The position numbers and the translations under genes are program-made. Below are positions 47,576 through 57,943 of a stretch of DNA of 64,000 nucleotides, in pieces. Source of the stretch: a virus. The DNA lies in the IMG/VR virus record IMGVR_UViG_3300037560_000207, positions 64,001-128,000 of that record; one strand, 5' to 3'. Positions within the stretch are counted from its first letter, which is position 1. Every line of letters starts with the position of its first letter. The notes beneath the pieces are model-generated. The model was not told where the DNA came from. It was given only the letters and a program-made list of their open reading frames with translations, and ran no database searches.

Positions 47576-47604
47576 AAACAGAAATTAAGGTTGGACGTAT
47601 AATA
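47576..47604 (+). promoter_or_regulatory. weaker copy of the promoter motif (AAACAGA-N13-CGTATAATA)
   Basis: Same spacing; lies upstream of the recombinase-clpP-sigma genes. Confidence 0.5.
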
Positions 47605-47619
47605 AATGGAAGGGTTATT

Positions 47620-48537
47620 ATGCCAATATCAGTTATAGATGAGTTTGAGATATATCTTCGTACCGAATGCGGTCTATCTCCCAATACAATTTTCGCATAC
47701 CTTAATGATGTTAAAGAATTTTTAGATTATGTTGGAAAAGAAACATTCACCGCCCAATTAGTAGAAGACTTTATAAATTATCTAGGGTCAGAAAGACGGC
47801 TTGAAGGACAACTTAAAGATATAAGTATTCGACGACATTATATGGCAATTAGATGTTTTTGTCATTATTTTATTAGTTTGAATCGTCTCGATCCAAAGAT
47901 TTTAGGTATGCTTAACTCGGTTCGTGTAGAAAGGAAAACCCATGATGTCTTGGAACCTCAAGATGTGGATGCTCTCATATCAATTATTAAAAGTCGTACA
48001 CCCCTATCTAGAACCACTAACATTCGCCGGGATGTCGCTATTGTATTAATATTATATTCTAGCGGTCTTCGAGTATCAGAATTATGTGGTCTAAACATGG
48101 GAGATATCAGTCTGGCTGAAAAGGAAATACGAGTAAAGGGTAAAGGTAATTGTGACAGAGTAGTACCTACCACATCAAAATGTATTGAAGCAATTAAGTC
48201 ATATCTTTGTTTAGATCGTCTAGCTCAATTAAATCCAGAATCTAATACTAATGCTATATTTATCAAATCTAACGGAAAACGGATTACACGTCGAGCCATT
48301 ACTGATATGCTCACATCATTATCTTGTCGAGCAGGTATAAAACATACCAATGCTCATATGTTGCGAAGAAGTTGTGCTACACTACTCATGAGACGTGGCA
48401 TGGATTTAGAATTAGTACAAGCTTTGCTGGGTCATCAAAATTTATCAACAACACAAGCCTATTTAACTGTCGGTCATGATTGGCTTATGAAGATTCATAG
48501 AGAATGTCATCCTTTTGGAGAAAAGAATGAAGATTAG
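47620..48537 (+). CDS. XerC/XerD-like tyrosine recombinase
   Basis: LSPNT..AY..D; SGLRVSEL; GKG..DR.VP; HMLR; LLGH; TTQAY. Confidence 0.9.
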   Translation: MPISVIDEFEIYLRTECGLSPNTIFAYLNDVKEFLDYVGKETFTAQLVEDFINYLGSERRLEGQLKDISIRRHYMAIRCFCHYFISLNRLDPKILGMLNSVRVERKTHDVLEPQDVDALISIIKSRTPLSRTTNIRRDVAIVLILYSSGLRVSELCGLNMGDISLAEKEIRVKGKGNCDRVVPTTSKCIEAIKSYLCLDRLAQLNPESNTNAIFIKSNGKRITRRAITDMLTSLSCRAGIKHTNAHMLRRSCATLLMRRGMDLELVQALLGHQNLSTTQAYLTVGHDWLMKIHRECHPFGEKNED

Positions 48538-49168
48538 TAAGAAAAAGCAACAAGACTCTACAGACCCTCAAGTAAAACCCGAATCTTGTGTTTCCATTCC
48601 AACAGATGACATAATCGAAAATTTTCTTTTACGAACACGTCGTTTATTATTAGTTGGTGAGATTAATGAAGTGTCATCAACTTATGTTTGTAATTATTTG
48701 CAGGGATTCTCATTAATAAATGAGCCAGTATATATGTATATAAATAGTCATGGGGGATGCTTAGCTTCAGGATATGCTATTGTAGATCAAATGTTAGCAT
48801 GTGGCTGTCCTGTTTACACCATTGTTCGTGGACAAGCACATTCGATGGGTGCAATAATTGCTGCGTTTGGTACAAAGGGACATAGATATGCTACTCCAAA
48901 TTCATCTATTATGCTGCATTCAATTACTATTCAAAATCCACCAAGCTCTATTGAACATCACATAGAAGCGATAACTTACATACAAAATGATTATCGAAAG
49001 AAAATAACCGATATGGCCAAAAGATTAAAATTAAATACTAAACAATTGATGGAACTAATGAATGAAACTAAATGGATGTCACCCAAACAAGCAACAGAAA
49101 TTGGTTTAATTGATAAGATTTGGACACCACGTATGGAACAAACGGTTAATAAAGGTCTCTCAAAATGA
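48515..49168 (+). CDS. clpP: ClpP-like peptidase
   Basis: YINSHGG; AHSMGA (catalytic Ser); IMLH (His); ETKWMS where ClpP usually has RDxxLS. Confidence 0.85.
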   Translation: MEKRMKISKKKQQDSTDPQVKPESCVSIPTDDIIENFLLRTRRLLLVGEINEVSSTYVCNYLQGFSLINEPVYMYINSHGGCLASGYAIVDQMLACGCPVYTIVRGQAHSMGAIIAAFGTKGHRYATPNSSIMLHSITIQNPPSSIEHHIEAITYIQNDYRKKITDMAKRLKLNTKQLMELMNETKWMSPKQATEIGLIDKIWTPRMEQTVNKGLSK

Positions 49169-49677
49169 TGAAACGGAAACGTCGTGTTACTCAAGCATAT
49201 TTTAAACTTGCTTATCATCAATATACACCCTTGATACAACAACTCGCATTTCGAATGGGTATCAATAAAACACAGGTGGAAGAATTAAAGGTCCAAGCCG
49301 CAGAAGAACTGCTTAAATGTATGATTTGCTATAATCCTAGTAATTTATTCATAACATTTTTCTATGGTAGATTAATTGATATTTTTAGACACATGAAGGA
49401 CACAGAAAAAAGAGCTAGACGAATACAAACTATGTCACTGGATTCTATGACAAACGTGGCTGGACCTGATTACGATATGGATTCCCATATGATGGTAGAA
49501 GAAGTTTTGGAATATCTTGACAAAGATGAACGAAGTGTTATTACAGAACTTTTCTTTAACGGAAAAACGATGAGAGAAATATCTAACGAACGTGAAGTTG
49601 TTACCTCAACTGTTTATCGTATAAAGATTAGGGCAATAAATAAAATAAGACAGAAATGTCAAATGGGGTGGGAATAA
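49165..49677 (+). CDS. sigma-70-family factor (regions 2 and 4)
   Basis: Y.PLI..LA; L..LD..ER.VI...FF.GKTMREI......V..I..RA..K.R HTH. Confidence 0.72.
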   Translation: MMKRKRRVTQAYFKLAYHQYTPLIQQLAFRMGINKTQVEELKVQAAEELLKCMICYNPSNLFITFFYGRLIDIFRHMKDTEKRARRIQTMSLDSMTNVAGPDYDMDSHMMVEEVLEYLDKDERSVITELFFNGKTMREISNEREVVTSTVYRIKIRAINKIRQKCQMGWE

Positions 49678-49680
49678 ATT

Positions 49681-50010
49681 ATGGCAAACGAAAGGGGTCG
49701 TAACAAAAAGAAAAGAGAACAAAAGAAAATTAAACGACTAGAGCGTTTACTTAGCCTCAATTTATGTGCTTGTGGCGGTGGGCATCAGCTACAATGTCGT
49801 GGGGCGTGTAAAGAAGCTCACACTAATTCTAAGACCAAAGAAGTTGAATGTAAAGAAATGTATCAAATTGATCGTTCGGCGGTAAAATTGGGTGGTCCTC
49901 GCCGACCAAAGCGTACCTGGAAATATGGCCGTCAAAAAGATGGCGACGAAAAAAGAGAAGCTAAAGATAGGCGGAGAGAGAAACGGGAAAGAGATCAATT
50001 ACAACGGTAG
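49681..50010 (+). CDS. basic hypothetical protein
   Basis: Lys/Arg-rich; CACG...C...C. Confidence 0.5.
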   Translation: MANERGRNKKKREQKKIKRLERLLSLNLCACGGGHQLQCRGACKEAHTNSKTKEVECKEMYQIDRSAVKLGGPRRPKRTWKYGRQKDGDEKREAKDRRREKRERDQLQR

Positions 50011-50070
50011 TCTAGGTGTATAAGTTCTTAACGAGTTTTGTTAATTTCAAGAAAGTAGGAGGATGAAAAA

Positions 50071-50520
50071 ATGAAGAGATGGTGTATTCTTTGGGTATTA
50101 TTGGCAGCGACAGCATTACCTGTAACGGGTTGCTCCTTGTTAAGTGGTGGCGATAATTGGAATAATAATATTCCACAATTAAAAGCTGATATTTTTATGT
50201 TCTCGAAGTTGGCTACGAGAATTGCTTTATTCGAAGCAGATATGTCAACAGGGGATGTAAAAGTTGTTGAAGATTATTTAGTGGCAATACGAGACCTATT
50301 GGTTGTACCTGGTCAGCCGGACTTTACAGGTGCTAGGGCATTAGTAAGTATCAAGCTTCCCCCAAAGTATCAAATTTACGGTTTAACTATTATAGATGTG
50401 CTGGAAAGATACTTACAGACAGTTAATCTTAATATTACCGGAAATCAGGAGGCAGTAATTAGTCTCGTCTCTTCCGGTATTGATGGTGCGATTGAAGCCG
50501 TTCAAGAATTTGCTGATTGA
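50071..50520 (+). CDS. lipoprotein
   Basis: AGGAGG RBS; LPVTG-C lipobox. Confidence 0.7.
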   Translation: MKRWCILWVLLAATALPVTGCSLLSGGDNWNNNIPQLKADIFMFSKLATRIALFEADMSTGDVKVVEDYLVAIRDLLVVPGQPDFTGARALVSIKLPPKYQIYGLTIIDVLERYLQTVNLNITGNQEAVISLVSSGIDGAIEAVQEFAD

Positions 50521-50590
50521 ATAATGCGAAAATATATTAATAAACAAATCGATAAGCTTACGGTTAAGCCGGATTAGGTCGCTGGATTCT

Positions 50591-51472
50591 ATGGGGTATA
50601 GACAGAATACTAAATTTTCGCTCTGGGGTATTATCTATTATATCCTAATTTTTATGTTTGCATATCAAGCAAGCAGTAGTGGTGAAAATCCATCACGAGA
50701 AATCATACCAATGGATAATTATGTTGATCCAACATATTGTCCAGAAACAGTAATAACAGAGTCGATAGATGAAATCGAACTTCGCCAAAAGGAAATGCTA
50801 GACACGGTAGTTCTCATTCAAACTAGTCGGGGAAATGGTTCTGCCACAATTATTTATCGTTTCGAAACTGATATAGAAGGAATATTTGAATATTTTGTCA
50901 TAACTAATGAACATTTAACTCGCTTACGATTTGTTACATATTTACAAGACGTGAGTTCTCTTACTGGAAGAATTAAGACCCAGACTGTTGACATGGGTTG
51001 CGAGATCATTACTTTTGATCATACCAATAAGGATTGGAATCAATACAGTGCTAATGTAATAGCAGAAGATGTTCAGTACGATTTAGCTATTTTATCATTT
51101 CTATCTAACCAAGAATTAGCTGTGGCTCAAATAGCTGATGAAGATATGTTGGAACAAGTTCGTGTTTTTGACGAAATAGTCTCAATTGGTTGCCAACTAG
51201 GTGGAGTACCAATACCTACGACTGGCATTATATTTCAAATAATAATAGGAGATAATGGCGAAAAAAGATGGATAATTTATGGTAATACGGCACAAATCAG
51301 TCCAGGATCAAGCGGTGGGGCTTTATATAAAAAGTACGGTGACCACTACTACCTGATCGGGATACCCTTCAGTGTGTTGGTTTACCATGATCAATTGATC
51401 TCCCATTTGGCCTACGCCATTTCCATTGCGACCGCGAGGGATTTTATTAACCAAAATTTGGCGGTTGAATAA
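50591..51472 (+). CDS. exported trypsin-like serine protease
   Basis: N-terminal hydrophobic segment; TNEH, DLA, SPGSSGG triad motifs. Confidence 0.82.
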   Translation: MGYRQNTKFSLWGIIYYILIFMFAYQASSSGENPSREIIPMDNYVDPTYCPETVITESIDEIELRQKEMLDTVVLIQTSRGNGSATIIYRFETDIEGIFEYFVITNEHLTRLRFVTYLQDVSSLTGRIKTQTVDMGCEIITFDHTNKDWNQYSANVIAEDVQYDLAILSFLSNQELAVAQIADEDMLEQVRVFDEIVSIGCQLGGVPIPTTGIIFQIIIGDNGEKRWIIYGNTAQISPGSSGGALYKKYGDHYYLIGIPFSVLVYHDQLISHLAYAISIATARDFINQNLAVE

Positions 51473-51473
51473 A

Positions 51474-52128
51474 ATGCGAAAATTAATTGATTTAATTGGA
51501 CAGAAATTTGGACAGTTATTTGTTATTAGAAGGGTAGATAATGACAAGCACGGAAACCATCAATGGTTATGTCAATGTGAATGTAAAAATGAAGTAATTG
51601 TTCGTGGCAGTAATTTCAAAAACGGGAAGACCAAAAGTTGTGGTTGTCTGCGAAAAAAAAATTACTCAAAATACGGGTAGTAGAAATATAAAACATGGCC
51701 GTAGTCAAAATGATAAAACTTATAAATCATGGCAAGGTATAAAAGATAGATGTACCAATCAAAATCATAAACGATATAAAGATTACGGTGGTCGAGGGAT
51801 TATTGTTTGTAAAGACTGGTTAAATTTTTCTAACTTTTTAAGAGATAATGGCGAATGTCCCTCTGGGTGTACGATTGAACGGATAAGAAATTTGGAAGGA
51901 TATTATCCTGGGAATTGTTATTGGGCTACTTGGGAAGAACAAGCAAGAAATAGACGAAGTAATCATTTAGAAACATTTAATGGGAAAACTCAATGTTTAG
52001 CGGGTTGGTCAGAAGAAACAGGAATTCCTAATCATATTATTTGTCAAAGATTAAGACATGGTTGGCCACCAGAGAGAGCTTTAACCGAACCGGTAAGAAA
52101 ATATAGGAAAATAAAAGTTGGAATTTAA
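51474..52128 (+). pseudogene. HNH homing endonuclease (copy 6) frameshifted at an A9 run (51653-51661)
   Basis: The N-terminal half (MRKLIDL...SCGCLR) and the C-terminal half (KHG...RCTN...YGGRG) are in different frames; A8 would restore the frame. Confidence 0.8.
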
Positions 52129-52783
52129 AGTGGACAAAATCATTCAAGGTATGCAAACAGCTAATAAACCAAGCGATTACTGGCTATCTTCGGATATTCA
52201 TTTTCCAGAACTAGAAGATAGTAAATCGGTTATACACCGAAATAATCAATCTGTTTGGGTCCATACTATGCAAGTTATTGATTTATTAATACTAAAAAAT
52301 CCTGTTACTTTATTAGCAAGTCTTTTCCACGACCTTGGTAAGTGTTATGTCGAAAATACTGGTAATCCATCAATGCCTAGATTTCCTTGTCATGCTATCG
52401 AATCAGCAAATATTGCAAAGATGAAGTTAACAGAATGGCAAGCTTCATCATATCTTATCGATAGAGTTAATAGGATTATTTTAACCCATATGTATGATAT
52501 AGTTCGGCCAATCCGAGAAAAAACAATACGTAGATTTATTGTTAATATCGGATTGGACAATATAGAGAATTGGTTTGCGCTTCGGCGCGCCGATTCAGCA
52601 TCCTATTCTAACCATGGTCAATACAAGCGATATATAATCGATCCATTTTATAAATCTGTACGACATTATCTAGACAGATTACCTTCCAAAGATAATTCAT
52701 TACAATCTCCATCAGAATCAAATGTTGCTATTGTGGGAAAAGATCATGAGATTAATGATATATCTTTGTTGATGGAAGGCTAA
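52118..52783 (+). CDS. HD-domain phosphohydrolase, similar to the HD part of CCA-adding enzymes
   Basis: VWVHT...LASLFHDLGK...HA.ESA...H...LRRAD. Confidence 0.75.
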   Translation: MEFKVDKIIQGMQTANKPSDYWLSSDIHFPELEDSKSVIHRNNQSVWVHTMQVIDLLILKNPVTLLASLFHDLGKCYVENTGNPSMPRFPCHAIESANIAKMKLTEWQASSYLIDRVNRIILTHMYDIVRPIREKTIRRFIVNIGLDNIENWFALRRADSASYSNHGQYKRYIIDPFYKSVRHYLDRLPSKDNSLQSPSESNVAIVGKDHEINDISLLMEG

Positions 52784-52788
52784 TAAAT

Positions 52789-53424
52789 ATGGGAGCACAT
52801 CTAATTGATTTAGTAGGAAAAAAATTTGGACGACTTATAGTTTTAGAACGGATTGATGATATTAATGGTAAACCGACAAGATGGTTGTGTAGATGTAATT
52901 GCAATAAAAAAATAACGGTTTTAGGTTATAATCTTAAAAATGGTAATACAAAAAGTTGTGGATGCTTAAAAATAAGACATGGTCATCGCACTATTACAAT
53001 AACATCTCCTACTTATCAATCGTGGCGTGATATGATTCAGCGATGTACAAATCTAAAATATAAACAATATCATTATTATGGTGGTCGTGGAATTACTGTT
53101 TGTAAGAAATGGAGAAATTCTTTTGAAATCTTTTTAGAAGATATGGGGGAGACACCTAAAGGATGTCAGATTGATAGAATTAACAATGATGGTAATTATT
53201 GCAAAGAAAATTGTCGTTGGATCACTCCTAAAAAACAAGCGAGAAATAGACGGAATAATCTTTACAAAACATATAAAGGGAAAACTCAACTTGTAATTGA
53301 ATGGGCAGAAGAATATAATATTCCATATGGAGTTTTGTCAATAAGATTATATAAACTTGGTTGGTCTATGGAAAAAGCATTAATTACTTCGGTCAAACAA
53401 TATAAAAAAGGAGAATTATTATGA
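52789..53424 (+). CDS. HNH homing endonuclease (copy 7)
   Basis: Same motif set; ATGA overlap with the RNR gene. Confidence 0.85.
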   Translation: MGAHLIDLVGKKFGRLIVLERIDDINGKPTRWLCRCNCNKKITVLGYNLKNGNTKSCGCLKIRHGHRTITITSPTYQSWRDMIQRCTNLKYKQYHYYGGRGITVCKKWRNSFEIFLEDMGETPKGCQIDRINNDGNYCKENCRWITPKKQARNRRNNLYKTYKGKTQLVIEWAEEYNIPYGVLSIRLYKLGWSMEKALITSVKQYKKGELL

Positions 53425-56348
53425 CAATGCCTTTATACGAACCAACCAGTTTTGCTTTACAAATATTCAAAGATAGATATGCAATTCATCAGGAAGAATC
53501 ATTTGCACAAGCATGTGAACGAGTTTCTAGGGTAATTGCTGATGCCGAAACAGGTACTAAAAGAGATGAATATTTTCAACGATTTTTGGATATTTTAGTA
53601 ACCAATCGATTTTCTCCAGGTGGTAGAATTTGGCGTGGAGCAGGTCGTCCACGAGGACAATTACTTAATTGTTTTTGTATTCCAGCAGAGGATAGTAGAG
53701 AAGGGTGGGGAGATGTACTTAGATCAGTTACTATTATATCCGGTACTGGAGGTGGGGTCGGAATCAATTTTTCTAAAATCCGTCCAAGAGGTACTTCTAT
53801 CCGTGGTACGGGAGGTGAGGCTACCGGCGCGGTTAGTCTTATGCGAGCAGTCAACGCTGTCTGTAATGAATTACGTGAAGGTGGTGGAAGGCGATCAGCT
53901 TTGATGTTCTGTTTAAAATATGATCATCCAGATTTAATAGAATTCTTGGAAGCCAAATTGGATGATAAAGAACTTAATAACGCTAATATCTCTGTCCTTA
54001 TTGATAATGATTTCTTAAAATTATTGGATGAGGATGGAGAAATTATTTTTAAATGGCAAGGAGAAAAACGTGGAAGAATTGCAATTAAAAGGGTTTGGGA
54101 TAAGATTATTCAAAATGCATGGAGAAATGGTGATCCAGGATTTTTGAACATTGGTTTAATGAATGAACAGAATACTATATCATATACAAAAGACGGCGAG
54201 ATATCATCAACAAATCCGTGTTTTACAAAAGAAATGAGACTTCATACAAGTCGTGGTATATTATCTTTACAAGAATTATTTGAGTCTGGTTGTTTTAATC
54301 GAGTAGTAACTGACAATAGATGTATAAATACAATATTGGATGGGGTAAAGATTCGTAATGCAAGCTCTGTCAAATTAACAGGATATCAACAACAAATTTA
54401 CAGAGTTATTACTTCTCATGGGAGTATAATAAGATGCACGAAATATCATGAGTTTATAACTCCAAGGGGTCGTAGACCATTATTTGCACTTAATCCTGGT
54501 GATTGGATAAATACACAACAAAAAGAAGGTTGTTGGGGAAATATTGGCGATTATGATGATGGATTAATTATTGGGTCTTTCGTCGGTGACGGTACCTTAT
54601 CATATGGAACAACCGATTTACCAAGTATGTGTCTTGATTATTGGAACGAAGAAGACTTATGTAATCATATGTTAAGATTAGTTAATAAAAAAGTAGCAAT
54701 TTATGAAAATAATAATGATTGTAGGAAATATGGTCCTTTATCTATTATAAAATGCCTCAAATATGCAAAATTACGGATTTCCTCGGCTAGATTAACGAAA
54801 TATTTTGAGCAGAAATTTCAAATACATGTTGAAACCCTTAAAACCAAATTACCAGAAGCTGTCTGGAAGGGATCAAGAGATATGGTTAGAGGATATCTAG
54901 CTGGTATATTTCAGGCTGATGGTTCTGTTCAGTTAAAGGATCGTGGGACAAAGGGTTCTCTTTGTGTTCGTTTATCTCAAAGTAATGAACAATTACTCAG
55001 AGAAATTCAAATATTATTGAGCAATTTTGGGATTATGTCATCTATACACAAAAGACGAAATGCTGATTATAGAAATTTACCAGATGGACAAGGTGGATTA
55101 AAACCATATTGGTGTAAAACTCAATATGAATTAATAATAAATAGACCAAATGCAGTTGTTTTTGAAAATTTAATAGGTTTTTCTGGTAACAAACAAAAAC
55201 AATTATCTGATGCTTTGGACAAGAGGGGCAGAGAATGTCAAAAGAAGGAAAGATTTATTGTACAAATTAAATCTATTAATCAAGACGGGATAGAAAATGT
55301 CTATTGTTTGAACGAACCAGAAACTCATTCATTGATAGTCAATGGATTGGTTGTAGGAAATTGTGGAGAAATCCCGCTTGAGGATTATGGATGTTGTTGT
55401 TTAGGTGCAATTAATTTATATACTCATGTTTCAAACGGTGAAATTGATTGGGATTTGCTCGAAGAAACGGTTTCTATAGGTGTTAGATTTTTGGATAATG
55501 TATTAGATCAAAACAATTATCCACTTCCTATTATCCAAGAAACGTCTCAAAAACACCGTCGTATTGGTTTAGGAGTCATGGGACTTCATGATATGCTACT
55601 TGAGCTTGATCTTAAATACTCCAGTAAAGAAGCTAGAGATTTTGTTAACAAGGTGATGAATTGCATAAAGAAACAAGCTTATCATTCTAGTATAAGAATT
55701 GCGATAGAAAAAGGGTCGTTCCACGCTTTTGATGTAAATCAGCATACTAAGACTGGTTTTGTTAAAAAGTGTTTGACACGAAATCATCATCGTCTAATTA
55801 AAGAACATGGTCTTCGTAATTGTGCCATACTTTGTATCGCCCCGACTGGGACTACATCTATTGTAGCTGGTTGTTCATCTGGTATTGAGCCATTGTTTCA
55901 ACCTGTCTACGAAAGACGTTTTAATAAACATAAAGATATGCATGATGATGAAAAAAGAGATAAAGCTACAGAAATAATAGTTCATCCATTATTAAAGAAA
56001 TTTTTAGAAGATCGTCGATCTACAAAACATTTTCAGGGTGCTCATGATATCTCACCAGAAGATCATTTAGCTATGCAAGCGGTTTGTCAAAGACACATAG
56101 ACAATTCTATTTCAAAGACAGTTAATTGCCCTGTTGATTATCCTGTAGAAGAATTATCTGAAATAATAAAAAAATATATCAGTGAACTCAAAGGGATTAC
56201 TATTTACAGAGATACTAGTAAAGGAAAATCACCACTTGTTCCGCTTCCCTTATCAGAAGCAAAAAAGTATTTGGATCAAATGAAAGAGGAAGCTGCTGTG
56301 GATGATTGTCCAAGTGGTGTATGTGATATTTCGAAAGGTGGTAATTAA
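53421..56348 (+). CDS. nrdJ: class II (B12-dependent) ribonucleotide reductase with intein
   Basis: SPGGRI; LLNCF; GGGVG; RRSA; NP|CGE active-site motif split by the intein; APTGT; SKTVN; C-terminal CPSGVC; no small subunit nearby. Confidence 0.88.
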   Translation: MTMPLYEPTSFALQIFKDRYAIHQEESFAQACERVSRVIADAETGTKRDEYFQRFLDILVTNRFSPGGRIWRGAGRPRGQLLNCFCIPAEDSREGWGDVLRSVTIISGTGGGVGINFSKIRPRGTSIRGTGGEATGAVSLMRAVNAVCNELREGGGRRSALMFCLKYDHPDLIEFLEAKLDDKELNNANISVLIDNDFLKLLDEDGEIIFKWQGEKRGRIAIKRVWDKIIQNAWRNGDPGFLNIGLMNEQNTISYTKDGEISSTNPCFTKEMRLHTSRGILSLQELFESGCFNRVVTDNRCINTILDGVKIRNASSVKLTGYQQQIYRVITSHGSIIRCTKYHEFITPRGRRPLFALNPGDWINTQQKEGCWGNIGDYDDGLIIGSFVGDGTLSYGTTDLPSMCLDYWNEEDLCNHMLRLVNKKVAIYENNNDCRKYGPLSIIKCLKYAKLRISSARLTKYFEQKFQIHVETLKTKLPEAVWKGSRDMVRGYLAGIFQADGSVQLKDRGTKGSLCVRLSQSNEQLLREIQILLSNFGIMSSIHKRRNADYRNLPDGQGGLKPYWCKTQYELIINRPNAVVFENLIGFSGNKQKQLSDALDKRGRECQKKERFIVQIKSINQDGIENVYCLNEPETHSLIVNGLVVGNCGEIPLEDYGCCCLGAINLYTHVSNGEIDWDLLEETVSIGVRFLDNVLDQNNYPLPIIQETSQKHRRIGLGVMGLHDMLLELDLKYSSKEARDFVNKVMNCIKKQAYHSSIRIAIEKGSFHAFDVNQHTKTGFVKKCLTRNHHRLIKEHGLRNCAILCIAPTGTTSIVAGCSSGIEPLFQPVYERRFNKHKDMHDDEKRDKATEIIVHPLLKKFLEDRRSTKHFQGAHDISPEDHLAMQAVCQRHIDNSISKTVNCPVDYPVEELSEIIKKYISELKGITIYRDTSKGKSPLVPLPLSEAKKYLDQMKEEAAVDDCPSGVCDISKGGN
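54219..55361 (+). mobile_element. LAGLIDADG intein (381 aa) inserted between NP and CGE
   Basis: Begins CFTKEMRL; block B CT..HEF; LIIGSFVGDG and YLAGIFQADG; ends ...LVVGN followed by C+1. Confidence 0.92.
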
Positions 56349-57541
56349 TGGCAAAAGAAAAATCGCAATTAGATGAGCAAATGCAAGAAGTCATTAGAAT
56401 GATTAGAGTACATAATCGAAACGGAGGCACCGGCGTACTTAGGGAAGAAGTGGCAGAAGGATTAGATGTAACTGTCTGGAAGGCAAGAAAACTTATTACT
56501 CAAGCTGAAACTATTTTAGCAGGTGCGCCAAAAGTCGGAATTGATCCAAGTGACCCACTTTTCCGATCAGAAGTCGCTAGACATATAAAGCAAGCAACTA
56601 CAGCGGTAAAAGTTGCGGAAAAAATGCATTCAACAGAAGAAGATGTATTTGCTGTTATTGATGATATGGAAGAGCGCGGGTATATCATTAATCGCAGAGG
56701 TCATACTATCCAACTTGATAAAATATCTTTTAAGGAAAGTAATACGATATGTTTTCCTCATCATTTTTATGATAAACCAATGCAATTCGGTATTGTATCC
56801 GATATGCATATGTGTAATAAACATTCACGTTTAGATGTTCTAGAAATGGCATATGATGAATTTGCCAGACGTAAAATTAAAACAGTTTTATGTCCAGGAA
56901 ATTATACTGATGGTGAATTCAAATTTAATAAACATGAACTTTTAGCTCATGGAATTGCGGATCAAGCCTTATATTGTATTGATCATTGGCCACAAAGGAA
57001 AGGAATTGTAACATATTATATTGATGGTTGTTGTCACGAAGGCTGGTGGCAAATGAGAGAAGGAATTGAGTTTGGTCGTTACCTTATGCTTGAAGCTCAA
57101 AGTCATGGAAGAAATGATCTTCAATATCTTGGGCATTTAGAAGCAGATATTTTATTAAAAGCATCCACCGGTGATTGTACTCTTAAATTAATGCATCCTG
57201 GTGGGGGCAGCCCCTATGCAATTTCTTACCCGTCTCAGAAAATAGTAGAGAGTTTGCAAGGGGGAATGAAGCCGGCAATTTTACTTTGCGGACATCACCA
57301 TAAAATGGATTATTGTTATCCTCGCAATACCCATGTATTACAATGTGCAACTACTTGCGATCAAACTTCTTTTATGCGGAAAAATAAATTAGAAGCCCAT
57401 CTCGGGTTTTTGATTTGCACTTTTCAACAAGATATCAATGGTGGAATTACACGCTTTGTTCCTGAATGGTTTCCATTTTTTGATAAAAAATATTATGAAA
57501 CGCGGGATGATATTCAAGAACAAATGGTAATTAATGACTGA
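56348..57541 (+). CDS. calcineurin-like metallophosphoesterase with N-terminal HTH regions
   Basis: IVSDMH; PGNYTDG; GCCHEG; MHPGGG; CGHHH. Confidence 0.75.
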   Translation: MAKEKSQLDEQMQEVIRMIRVHNRNGGTGVLREEVAEGLDVTVWKARKLITQAETILAGAPKVGIDPSDPLFRSEVARHIKQATTAVKVAEKMHSTEEDVFAVIDDMEERGYIINRRGHTIQLDKISFKESNTICFPHHFYDKPMQFGIVSDMHMCNKHSRLDVLEMAYDEFARRKIKTVLCPGNYTDGEFKFNKHELLAHGIADQALYCIDHWPQRKGIVTYYIDGCCHEGWWQMREGIEFGRYLMLEAQSHGRNDLQYLGHLEADILLKASTGDCTLKLMHPGGGSPYAISYPSQKIVESLQGGMKPAILLCGHHHKMDYCYPRNTHVLQCATTCDQTSFMRKNKLEAHLGFLICTFQQDINGGITRFVPEWFPFFDKKYYETRDDIQEQMVIND

Positions 57542-57932
57542 AAGGATTAAAATGATTGGTAAATCTGTTTGTGTAGATTTGGATGGAGTATTATTATATT
57601 ATAATAATTGGAAAGGAATGGACGGTCGGCTTGGTAAGCCCAGACCTGGTGCCAAACAATTCCTAACAAAAATAAGAAAATTTGCCAGAGTTATAATTTT
57701 TACTGCTAGATTAGCAGAAGAACATCAATCTCTTGGTGATAGAACTTTTTATCGAATTAAATCATGGTTAGAATATAATGACCTTCCCTATGATGAAATT
57801 TATATAGGTCGAGGCAAACCAATTGCTGAAGCTTTTGTGGATGATAGGGCTATATCTATTCCTAAGAATCCAGTAGAATCAGATTTTGATGAAGCTTTGA
57901 TTAAAGTGAAACGATTTGTTGAAAATGTTTAG
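57534..57932 (+). CDS. HAD-superfamily phosphatase
   Basis: VCVDLDGVL; FTAR; GKP.AEAFVDDRA. Confidence 0.8.
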   Translation: MTERIKMIGKSVCVDLDGVLLYYNNWKGMDGRLGKPRPGAKQFLTKIRKFARVIIFTARLAEEHQSLGDRTFYRIKSWLEYNDLPYDEIYIGRGKPIAEAFVDDRAISIPKNPVESDFDEALIKVKRFVENV

Positions 57933-57943
57933 GGGAATATAAA

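Noticed and set aside
47620-48537. Integrase with an att site marking a prophage boundary
   Set aside because: The protein looks XerC/D-like, phage-type genes continue on both sides, and no att or dif-like site could be supported by eye.
23989-53424. Group I introns housing the HNH genes
   Set aside because: Flanking genes look complete, and there is almost no non-coding space for intron core structure.
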